From: Naegleria gruberi
Taxonomy: Eukaryota
Strand: one strand, 5' to 3'
DNA: 64,000 nucleotides
Assembly (NCBI GenBank): GCA_000004985.1
Contig: GG738879.1
Below are positions 53,512-63,046 of this stretch, piece by piece; the stretch's first letter is position 1; every line of letters starts with the position of its first letter. Made by a program: the position numbers and the translations under genes. The notes beneath the pieces are model-generated. The model searched no databases and was not told the DNA's origin. It saw only the letters and a program-made list of their open reading frames with translations.

Positions 53512-54498
53512 TTAGAAGAGAGCGAGCATCAACATCATGATCAAAGCAGCTCCGAATGTGAAAACAGTTGAAGCACTGCTCTTACAGACACTCTTAAAGT
53601 TTGAACATCTTTGAGTTGCAGGTGGAACATATCCGTCAGTAGAAAGTGACAAACTACCATCAGAATTCTTTGTATATGTCTGTTGTTTTGGAATATTTCA
53701 ATTATTCATTTGATTTCAATCACATGTTAATGAAATTAAGGTTAATAATGAAATATTAAACATACAGTTTCTTCATAAGTATAATCACCACATGGTCCAC
53801 TATAATAATAAGAATTCTTGAAAGTATCAACAGCCTTGGTACCAGTAATGACAATATTTGAACAACTGTGGAAAGCAGTTTGACAAATAGTTGAAGTATT
53901 GGTAGAAGATGGAGGATATGAACAACATGTACCCATTGATTTGGTTTGAACGTTGAACATGGCAAGAGAACACTTTGGACAATTAATATCTGGAATGGTG
54001 ACAGTAATTGAATAGTTGAATGAAGTCTTATTGACAACATCATTGGTGGCGTGTGGAATGTGATCCAAGAGAACGTACTTATTGTAATCATCATCACCTC
54101 CAATACTCAAAGCAAGTCTATATGGAGAACCATCATGACTATTTTCCTATAAATATTTCATGACATTTAATCTTCCTTACTATTAAACACTTACAGTTGG
54201 ATACAAAGTACCCTATAAATAGTTGTAGTAGTTGAAGTTGAAGTATAACAAATATTTCATTATAATCATCCCACACAATTAACTATTTACTTACTTGGAA
54301 TTGAACAGTGAGTTTACCTGGAGCAATAGTGGTAATAGGTTGTCCATCACCAAAGAATTGAACACCACCACATGGATAGGTATATAAATCATTGGCAGAG
54401 GTTCTTGGAGGTGGATAGACAAGTCTGGTGTGAGCAAGGGCTCCAGTAACGAGGCATACAGCCATCACCAAGAAGGTACAGAGAAGAATCTTTTGCAT
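53512..54498 (-). CDS. Secreted GPI-anchor-type protein with an LPMO-like N-terminal histidine (putative copper-dependent auxiliary-activity or copper-binding protein). Exons 54498..54295, a possible micro-exon 54212..54195, 54146..53766 and 53679..53512.
   Basis: Signal peptide MQKILLCTFLVMAVCLVTGALA. The predicted mature N-terminus HTRLVYPPPR fits the LPMO H-x-x-(L/V/M)-x-x-P-x-x-R start. There is a second His cluster (…LLDHIPHATND…), several Cys pairs, and a C-terminal S-rich stretch with a hydrophobic tail (…SASTVFTFGAALIMMLMLALF*) typical of GPI signals. Junctions CAA|GTAAGT, ACT|GTATGT and CAACAG|ACA are in frame. Confidence 0.55.
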
Positions 54499-55363
54499 TT
54501 TGTTTTTTAGTTTTCAGAAAATTCAAACATTCTCTTTGGAGTTTTTAAGAGTTTTTTGAAGAGCATGATTCACACCTTTCATGTTCTAAATTAGGGTATT
54601 TATCCATTGAACGAACACTCGCTTAGATGAACACTCTTAGAGATCTGTTGTTTGATGAGGACATAATTGGGGTTTTGAGTTGGCTTACTGCATCATGTGG
54701 TGAAATACATTGCAATTAGCCGAAAGCCAAAGGAAAATATTATAAATATATATAAATATTATATTGCTTACTAATTGCTATTGTGTGGTTGGTTTTGTGT
54801 GGAAAGAAGAAACCGTTTTGTGATCAAAGAACATGTTGCATTGTTTAACATATTGTGTCCACAAAATATCTACTCATGTGTGGGAACCAAGAAGTAATAA
54901 GGCAGGAATCAGTGCACCTATTACTCAAAACAAGAAGCAAATTGATAGGGTTTTGATTGGGTGCGAAATATTTTGATTGGATTTTGATTGAATGCAGAAA
55001 GCTTTGTTGATAGGTGATGTCCAAGAATGGTCTTTCTATTTTATTGGTGGAAATTTGTTCTTTTATGGAGTTTTGAATGCAGGCTATTGGTAAGGGAGAA
55101 TTTGTTGATGAGATAGATATTTTTCAAATGAATTATTGGTGAATTATTTACAGAATATTTAGAATGTTGTTAGGTTGTGTGGAAGGATAAATATTAACTG
55201 TAATACGATGTTGAAGCCTTAATGAGTTGGAATGATTTTAAGGAAAATATCGAGATGTAACCTTCATACCAAAAATCGATAAATAATGTTGAGTAATAAG
55301 AATACATCACTCACTGAAAAAACCAAAGATGTTTTATATTTATTTTACAGAGACAAAAAGGTG

Positions 55364-55434
55364 TAGGAAGACAGGGAATCGAACCCTGATCTTAGGAACC
55401 ACAATCCCATGTTCTACCACTGAACTATCTCCCT
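55364..55434 (-). tRNA. tRNA-His (anticodon GTG).
   Basis: The minus-strand sequence AGGGAGA-TA-GTTC-AGTGGTA-GAAC-A-TGGGA-TTGTGGT-TCCTA-AGAT-CAGGG-TTCGATT-CCCTG-TCTTCCT-A folds as a 71-nt cloverleaf. It has a 7-bp acceptor stem, GTG at positions 34-36, a TTCGATT T-loop and an A discriminator. A T5 terminator follows. Confidence 0.85.
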
Positions 55435-55680
55435 TCATGTGAAGACAATTACAAACTAAATTAATCAAACCCTCTTTGATTCAAGATGGTGTAAAAAACC
55501 TTGTCATCTTTAGACAGAGCTTTGCCAATAAATGACATAAGGATCCCAAGAATGCTTTACAATATAATATGAACTAGTACTTGAGAATCCCTTGGTGTGA
55601 TCTTTTATTATTATTGGTTGAATGGAATAATGTCTTGGAATTAGATTCGATTCAAGCCAAAAAAATTGTCGAATTTTAAC

Positions 55681-57064
55681 ATGTTATTCGCTGCCCTGTA
55701 TTTTCTCCTGTATCTTTGCTGTTTAATATTTGGAGCCTATTGTGTATCTGAAGGAGGTGATATTCTCGGATCAATCTATGATGCCTCTATCATTGGTGGT
55801 ATTGTTATTTCCACCTTGAATACATTACCAGAGACTATTTTCTTCATCACTGCTCTCTCCTCCAATCAACCAACCTTTGCTTTGGGTGCTATTAGTGGTA
55901 GTGTCATTGTTGTGTGCACCATTGCTGTTGGATTGTGTATTATTATAGGATCAAAGGCTAAGGAAGCTAAATCTATGAAACGATCATCGGTTTCCTTGAC
56001 TGAGAGTGCATCAAACTCTTCTCATAGTCAACAACACCAACATCAACATCAACACGGAAGAATTAATTTATTTTCCAAAGTTAAACAACAAGCTAGATTT
56101 TTGAGTTATAGTTTAGTCTTTGTAATTTCAACTCTTTTATTCGGATTCCAAACATGGATTGGGTAAGTTTTAGTAATTTATTAGTAATTATTTAAATATT
56201 GTTTTAATTACATTTAATATTATTATTATTATAATAATATATTTACTATTAATTTAATTAATTTAATATAATTTTGCAACTATGAATATAGTATCGGAGG
56301 ATGTATATCATTTGCTGCTTTTATTCTCTTTACTTTATTCAACAAATCTCAAGATGGAAAAACAGCTCCTGAACATCATTTGAGCGAATCCAGTGATGAA
56401 GAGGAAGAAGAGCATGAACCTGCTTGGAAGGGTGGTCTCTATTTAGCCCTCGGAGGAGCAATGATCTATCTCTTCTCTGATCCATTCATTCAAAGTGTTG
56501 TTGTCATTGGTGAATCATTGAATATTACACCATTGACTCTTGCATTCTTCTTTGCTCCAATTGCTAGGTAAGTTTTAGTGATTGTTGCTGTGCTAATTAC
56601 AATTTAATTATTATTAGTGAAGCACCTGAGATTTTGGAAAGTATTTCGTTATCTAGACAAGGAAAGACTCAAAATATTAATATTGCTTTCAGTAATCTTG
56701 TTGGTGGTACAATCTCAAAGACTACTTTATTGACAGGTGTATGTTTATTATTATTGAATTATTTATTTAATTATTGAAATTATTTACTGAAATATTGAAT
56801 TTCCCTGATGAATCATTGTAATGATAGATTTTAAGTTTGTATGGTGTTCAAAGAGGATTTGAATGGATTAGTCCAGCCTACACTGTCAGTACCTTGTTAT
56901 TATTGATTTGTGCTGCTTCTGTTGCTTCATTTGGTTATTCTGCCAACCATACAGCAACAAGTGGTTATGCATTGATTGCTCTTTTCATTGCTAGTGGATG
57001 TGTTCAATTTTTCACTGCTTTAGCATATGGAACAACTGCTGTTATTGTTCCTCCAGTCGAGTAA
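55681..57064 (+). CDS. Cation/Ca2+ exchanger (CaCA superfamily, Na_Ca_ex-type membrane protein). Exons 55681..56162, 56292..56577, 56628..56738 and 56828..57064.
   Basis: The true ATG is at 55681. The alpha-1-like repeat is …GDILGSIYDASIIGGIVISTLNTLPETIFFITAL…. The alpha-2-like repeat is restored across a 50-nt intron (…FFFAPIA|SEAPEILESIS…). Multiple TM helices. All four exons join in frame using GTAAGT or GTATGT donors. Confidence 0.65.
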
Positions 57065-57196
57065 ATTTTGAAAAACAAATTCTAATATATTACAATTATT
57101 TATTATAATTTACAAGTAGTTACAGTTGACATTTCTGTGCCAACAACATGGATTTAAACATTTATATTGATAATTTATTGAACTATCAATATTTGT

Positions 57197-57592
57197 TTAA
57201 AGACCAAGATTGGATCTAATTCCAGCAATGAGTTCTTCTTGTTTTTGCTTCATAATCTTCTTGGCATCTTTTTGGTTCAATTGTCCTCTGAGTCTACTTT
57301 CCAATTTTTGCTTCAAACTATTAACGTCCTTCTTAATTTGATTAGCTTCCTTTGGATGTTCTTTAGCAACCTTTTCAATTTTATTAGCAACAACCTTTAC
57401 AAGTGGTTTGACAACAAATTCATGAAGTTCAGCAACTTGATCCTTTGTAGTGACACCAATTGGAAGAGTTTCAATTTTAGCTCCACTCTTTTCCAAGACG
57501 TTATCAACAACTTGAGAAGAGTAGACGCAACCAACAAGGAGACACAATAATAAACCTACAATGAAGAGGTTACTGAGAGAGTGTTTGTACAT
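57197..57592 (-). CDS. Small secreted K/E-rich helical protein (131 aa) with a signal peptide.
   Basis: ATG at 57592. N-terminal signal MYKHSLSNLFIVGLLLCLLVGCVYS. The remainder is charged with coiled-coil-like heptads. Confidence 0.45.
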   Translation of the reverse strand: MYKHSLSNLFIVGLLLCLLVGCVYSSQVVDNVLEKSGAKIETLPIGVTTKDQVAELHEFVVKPLVKVVANKIEKVAKEHPKEANQIKKDVNSLKQKLESRLRGQLNQKDAKKIMKQKQEELIAGIRSNLGL

Positions 57593-57943
57593 TTTTTTAT
57601 AGTTTTTGTTATCGTTCTATTCTTGCTGTTACGGCACTTGAATATGGTTGTCGTTGTTTGGAAATGTTGATGTTGGCCTAAAAATGGGAGAAAGGTTTCG
57701 AACAGTCGGAAATACAAATTGTTCAAAGATGCTCAAAAGAAGAATCTAAATGGCACATAGGGAAGGTAATAGCTGTGCTTGGTAAAGGTTATTTGTAAAA
57801 CATGAAGTCTAAGGTTAATAATAAAACCATCTATTTGAATTTTTCATTGTAAACTTGCAAATTTCAGAGTTTCATTAATTCAAATCCAAATTCCAATACC
57901 TTCAAAAATATTCTTTCAATTTATTACAAAGAGAGAGATATCT

Positions 57944-59204
57944 TTATTCATGATAATTGAAATAAACTCCCTTCAACCATCTCTCACCCTTAAACGAAGT
58001 TCTTGCATGAAACATTTTTTGATTATTGTAAAATATAAAATCTCCCTTCTCCAATCTAAAATAGAATTGATTCTTTCTATCTCTCACAATATTGGTAAAC
58101 TTGTTATAGGCCTTGTAAAACTCGGGAAGATAATCAAAATCAAAAACATGTGGAGCATAGGTAAAGTAGCTGAATCTCAATTGTTTGATTTCCTTTCCGT
58201 CTTGACTCAATTCAATAATTGGCTTGTACAAGATACTTTCGAATTTTTGTTGTTTTCTGTGAAATTTCACTGGAAATTCACTCAAAATCTTGAAGGCAAG
58301 AGGATCAATCTGTTTCAGATACCAAGCTGCTTGGACAGAGTTGACCACATAATTATCACCTCCTTCTGTGGCTGGAATGATACAGTGCAGGAGTTGGAGC
58401 TCTGGTGGATTCTCAATGAATGGTTGATCTGTGTGCAGGTCAACTGGGGCATCTGTGTAACCAAGTTGATCGTTGTTTTGGTTGGTGGTATTGTCAACTC
58501 TCAAATCTTCAAGTCTTCCAAAGTGTGTTGGAATAACTGAGAGATGAGGAGAGAATGCATCGCTTTACATTGTAAATTTTACTAAAATTCCAAAAATTCG
58601 AAACCTACATGATTAGTTCAGTATCGATTTCTATTCCTCTCACCAATACAGCACAGTCCCTTTTCAATCTTTCCAAAACATCAGAAACGAAACTCTCTGG
58701 AATTGATTCTTGTAAAGTAGCATATTTCGAATAGTGCACTTCAATTAAACTCAAGTCATGATCTGGCACCTTAACCTTCTCTATTCTATTTCTTCCATAG
58801 GCATACCTTTGAAGGAAACTCTCCTTATACTCTGTAACATGTCCATCCTGCCACTCTATTCTCAACACTGCTTCACTAGGATTAGTTTCTTCATCATTCG
58901 AAACGAAAGTATCCACAAAAGTCTTGTCATGTTCTGGCAACTCTTTCAACAGAAATACCTGAACAGAAGCTGGTTCAATAGCAAGATCCACTTGTGAGGA
59001 ATCAATAATTCTCTCCAATGTTTTTGCATGTCTTGATTTTGGCACGTGATTACAATTGTGTCGAAGCCAAAAGTAATGGAAATCAGAATAATCTGATGAA
59101 GGATTTGAGAAGTGAACTCGAAGAAATGGAAGATGATCAGCCTCTGAAGATACTTGGTTTTGATCAAGAGCAAGATCTTTTGATGGGAATTGAGTCAAGT
59201 GCAT
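57944..59204 (-). CDS. Gamma-butyrobetaine/trimethyllysine dioxygenase family (TauD/TfdA-type Fe(II)/2OG oxygenase with an N-terminal DUF971/GBBH-like domain). Exons 59204..58609 and 58562..57944, with a 46-nt intron.
   Basis: N-terminal domain (…LRVHFSNPSSDYSDFHYFWLRHNCNHV…). Catalytic domain with …VDLHTDQPF… (HxD) and a C-terminal …NQKMFHARTSFKG…. The true ATG is MHLTQ at 59204. The track start upstream is TTG. The donor AT|GTAGGT and acceptor GTAAAG|C keep the frame. Confidence 0.8.
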
Positions 59205-59756
59205 TGTTTGCTTTTTTTTCAATCTTGATTCGTAAAAGGATGGAAACAGAAGTGAAAAGGTTTGAAATTCAGATTGTGAAAAATGTGGAATTTCCAAGCA
59301 TTTCTTTTTAAAAGCAAAACAAGAATGTTTCGAATTTTCATTATTGTAATCCAAATGTCATTTTGTAAAATCTTCGATCATCCAAGTCAACTACTGTTTT
59401 TAAAGCTGTGAAAAATCAATTTCCCTTATTCCCCTCTATTCTATGTAGGAAGATTTGACCACATGATCTTCCATTACTTTCAGCGGCGAATATTAACTCA
59501 ACACTAAAATTCCATCATGATGAAGAGCTCTGAGGTGGAGTGGAAGGATAATCCATTATTATTATTATTGAACCATCAAATCAAAGTGGCCACTCACCAA
59601 GCAGCTGCTTACCTTCTCATCAACATATTTTCCTCCTGAGGAGGTTGTGCATATCTTCCTTCTCAATAAAAACAACCAGTCCGTCCGAGAGAACTGATCA
59701 CAATATGGTTGATCATCAGGGCAAGCAATTTGCAAAATGTCTTTGAAAAAAACAAA

Positions 59757-60425
59757 ATGATGAGAATTAGTAGCATTGCATTCCTTTTACTTTCAACATG
59801 TTTAATTGTTGCTGTTGGTTGTGCATTTGGACAACAACCAAAGAGTACACCAGTTTGGCCAGGTACATTCCGACAAACCTTTACTGAAACTACACAACTA
59901 TTCAAATTCATGTCACCTTTTGTTACCAATGGTACTTATTATTATGATGTAACCAATCAGAGACAACGTATTGATAGATTGGATGGAAGTCATGATAGAT
60001 ATTGTGGTTCAGTTCACTTTGACAAGTCCACTCCATGTGTCCATTTAGTTGTTAAAGAAAAGAGATATCTAGTTTTCCCAGAATTGAAATCATGTTGTAT
60101 GTGTTGTACTGCAGAGAATGGATGTGGTGTCTTGAAGACTAATTGGCTTTTCAATTCCACCTATATTGGACAAACTACATATAATGGATATCCAGTTCAT
60201 CAATGGGATAAGAAGGGTTTACAAAACAATTACTATTATGAAATGATTGCAAATAATGTACCAGTTGCCATTGATCAACAACCTAATGATTTGATGGTCT
60301 TTGATCCAAAATCATATTCAACTACTCCACTTCCTGATTCTCTCTTTGCTGTACCAAGTTATTGTACTGATGATAGTGGAAAGGATCATTCTTGTCCATT
60401 CTTCTCTATCTGTACTATTGCTTAA
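59757..60425 (+). CDS. Secreted cysteine-rich protein of unknown function.
   Basis: The ATG at 59757 gives the signal peptide MMRISSIAFLLLSTCLIVAVGCAFG. There are about 14 Cys, including a CCMCC cluster. No family recognised. Confidence 0.5.
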   Translation: MMRISSIAFLLLSTCLIVAVGCAFGQQPKSTPVWPGTFRQTFTETTQLFKFMSPFVTNGTYYYDVTNQRQRIDRLDGSHDRYCGSVHFDKSTPCVHLVVKEKRYLVFPELKSCCMCCTAENGCGVLKTNWLFNSTYIGQTTYNGYPVHQWDKKGLQNNYYYEMIANNVPVAIDQQPNDLMVFDPKSYSTTPLPDSLFAVPSYCTDDSGKDHSCPFFSICTIA

Positions 60426-60741
60426 ATAAATATTACATTGAATAAAAAGCAGTTCAATGAATAATAATTATTTTAATAATACAATTTCATCAATTAGCTT
60501 GCAATGATGACACCACAGAAGAAATAAACTTGGAAAGATTACAATTTAAAATATTTAAAAAAAATATCGTCATCATGATGATCAATGGAAGGAGATCATT
60601 CCAATAATCCTTTACATACACAATTATGATCAATAATTAGGAATTAACAAAAGGAATATATCCTAAAGGGAACAATTAACAAGGAATATCAGCAAGTTTA
60701 AAAGCAAGACATTAGGAAAAGAATGAAAGATAAAACAGAAT

Positions 60742-60814
60742 CGCCCACCGTGGGGGTCGAACCCACGACCACAAGGTTAAGAGCCTTGCGCTCTACCGAC
60801 TGAGCTAGACGGGC
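60742..60814 (-). tRNA. tRNA-Lys (anticodon CTT).
   Basis: The minus-strand sequence GCCCGTC-TA-GCTC-AGTCGGTA-GAGC-G-CAAGG-CTCTTAA-CCTTG-TGGTC-GTGGG-TTCGACC-CCCAC-GGTGGGC-G is a 73-nt cloverleaf. It is near-identical in architecture to metazoan tRNA-Lys-CUU. A T-run follows. Confidence 0.9.
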
Positions 60815-61307
60815 TACATATCACACTCTAAAAATCTCAATAAAAAATTATTGAGCTTTAATGATTCTCATTATCTTGGTATTCTTTGTGTTTGGTTATA
60901 ACCGTGATTTAATAATAGAATATTAAATAATCAAAGAAATTTTCCTTAATTTATTCATGTCAGATGACATGCTGCTATTTCGCTCTCTCGGTTAGTTCAG
61001 AGTGGATTCTTCATCGTTACAATATCAACCTCGTCCAATCAGCAGGCGAGTGTACGGCTTTATTATTGGCCAAGAAACAACGCCTCCCTGGTGCGGTTGC
61101 TTTATTGGTAATCAAAACGCGAGTAAACACAACGCTCAATGTTTTTCTGCAGAATTTTAATTGAAAACCGTCTCAAAAAAATCAAAGCTAGTCTCCTTCT
61201 CGGCCGCTTTACTTTCTTGACGTTTCCGTTTATCGACAACATCATTACTTCTTGCTATTTTGAAAAGCTTCCACTTTTCAAGTACATCATCTGATAAAAG
61301 TTACTTT

Positions 61308-61457
61308 ATGCAATTTGCTGAACAGCAACCTATAAAAGAAAACCGTAGGCAAAACAAAGAATTATTGTTTATCTTAAAAAGCAATGTAAGTACCACACTT
61401 ATTGTTTGTGGTATATATATGATTTCTGTTTTTTATGTTGCTCCGAATATCATGTGA
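61308..61457 (+). promoter_or_regulatory. Candidate upstream ORF in the SAMDC 5' leader (MQFAEQQPIKENRRQNKELLFILKSN…). It may be spliced via a leader intron at 61386..61497.
   Basis: An ATG at 61308 opens a short frame. A GTAAGT lies at 61386 and a pyrimidine-rich …TCTCTCTAG| at 61497. If spliced, the uORF ends 7 codons into the next exon. SAMDC genes in many eukaryotes carry regulatory uORFs. Confidence 0.3.
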
Positions 61458-61578
61458 TGATGAAATAACGGTTTTGGAATATATTTATCTCTCTAGGCCA
61501 TCCTCCACCCATCCTAGCACTGAATGCGACCATTGTCAAGAATCTGTTGCTGCTGAAGTAGAACATGTCGCTCAAGAA

Positions 61579-62820
61579 ATGACCCACGTTAATGGTAAAC
61601 CAATTCTTGTTAACTATGCCGAAAAGCATGTTAAACACGTTGATTGTGAATGTTGTGCTGAAGCTGGATTCGAAGGTCCAGAGAAGAGATTAGAATTAGA
61701 TTTCCGTCCTATTGCTAGTGACTTGCCAATTTATCAACAATATAAGGATAAGCATAGAGATGGTTCTGAAGAAGATGACATTTCAAACTTCTACAACTTG
61801 ATGAACGTTACTGATGAAACTTGGCAATCCATGTTGGACTTGGCTTGTTGTAGAATTCTTTCCAAGAAGACTAACGAACATTTTGTTTCTTATGTTTTGA
61901 GTGAATCTAGCTTGTTTGTTTTTAAGAGAAAACTTGTCATCAAGACTTGTGGTACCACCACATTGTTGGGTATTTTGAAGAAGTTGAAGGAAATTGCTGC
62001 CACTCAAGGTTTGGAAGCTGAATTGGTTATTTTCAGTAGAAAGAATTATGTCTTCCCACATAGACAACCACATTACCACTCCTCTTTCGAAGAAGAATTG
62101 AAATACTTGACTGATGATTTCCCAGGTGGTGAAGGCCACGTTGTCGGTTCAGTATTGTCTGACCATTGGTATATTTACATTTGTGATATGCAAGGTGTTG
62201 ATGATCAAATTACAAAGGATCCTGACCAAACATTGGAAGTTTTGATGCACGATTTGGATCCTGCTGTTATGAGACAATTTATGGAAGAAGCTAGAAAGGA
62301 AAGAGCTCCTGGTGTTACTATCGAACAACAATCTGGTATTGATAAATTGTTGCCAGGTTCCGAAATTGATTCCTTCGAATTTGATCCATGTGGTTACAGT
62401 ATGAACGGTTTATTGGGTAAGACTTATTGGACTATTCACATTACTCCAGAAGATAGCTGCTCATTTGTCAGCTTTGAAACTAATGTTAAGACATCCAAGA
62501 TTGAAAATTACTCTGAACTCATTGAAAGAGTTATTCATACTTTCAGACCAGGTCGTTTCACTGTTACTTTGTTTGCTGATGACCACTGGGATATTCAACA
62601 TGAACTCCACAGAACTCCAAGCAAGCAATGTTTGTCAGACGAACACACCACTCTCTTGGACCAAGAATCCTTCCAAATCCACAATTCCAACTTGATGAAG
62701 ACTTACAGTGCTTTCACTAATTTGGCTCTCGGTGATGAATACAAATTGAAGAGTAAGACTTTCTACGAATTCACTGGTGGTTACAATTTGACTTTCACTA
62801 ACTTTGCCAAGATTAAGTAA
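61579..62820 (+). CDS. AMD1: S-adenosylmethionine decarboxylase proenzyme.
   Basis: FEGPEKRLELDF (the N-terminal signature of SAMDC) and the autoprocessing site …YVLSESSLFVF… are present, with collinear similarity throughout. The true ATG is at 61579 (MTHVNGKP…). The track start at 61435 is non-ATG. Confidence 0.85.
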   Translation: MTHVNGKPILVNYAEKHVKHVDCECCAEAGFEGPEKRLELDFRPIASDLPIYQQYKDKHRDGSEEDDISNFYNLMNVTDETWQSMLDLACCRILSKKTNEHFVSYVLSESSLFVFKRKLVIKTCGTTTLLGILKKLKEIAATQGLEAELVIFSRKNYVFPHRQPHYHSSFEEELKYLTDDFPGGEGHVVGSVLSDHWYIYICDMQGVDDQITKDPDQTLEVLMHDLDPAVMRQFMEEARKERAPGVTIEQQSGIDKLLPGSEIDSFEFDPCGYSMNGLLGKTYWTIHITPEDSCSFVSFETNVKTSKIENYSELIERVIHTFRPGRFTVTLFADDHWDIQHELHRTPSKQCLSDEHTTLLDQESFQIHNSNLMKTYSAFTNLALGDEYKLKSKTFYEFTGGYNLTFTNFAKIK

Positions 62821-63046
62821 GTGAGATAAAATTTGGCAACTATTGTTGTTTTTGCTAAGATTTCATCTCTCTTGCACTGTTATTCAGTGTTGCGCGTGCC
62901 ATAAACCCTCATCACTTATGTGATGACAAGCTCAACAATAAAAACAAGTTTTCTTAAATTATATTTGATAAACTTGATATCGCGCTCAGTGAGATCATTT
63001 GAATTCATTAGAACGGCATTATCTTTTATTATTTATGGCAAGGTCC

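Noticed and set aside
60964-61164. 66-aa ORF in the GC-rich island upstream of SAMDC.
   Set aside because: Its codon usage is unlike neighbouring genes, with no homology and no splice context. It is more plausibly promoter or 5'-UTR sequence, or possibly an ncRNA, and is treated as part of the regulatory finding.
61180-61215. 10-nt match (CTTCTCGGCC) to the 5' region of U2 snRNA.
   Set aside because: Only a decamer matches. The GUAGUA branch-point-binding region, the Sm site and the U2 stem-loops are absent, so this is chance similarity.
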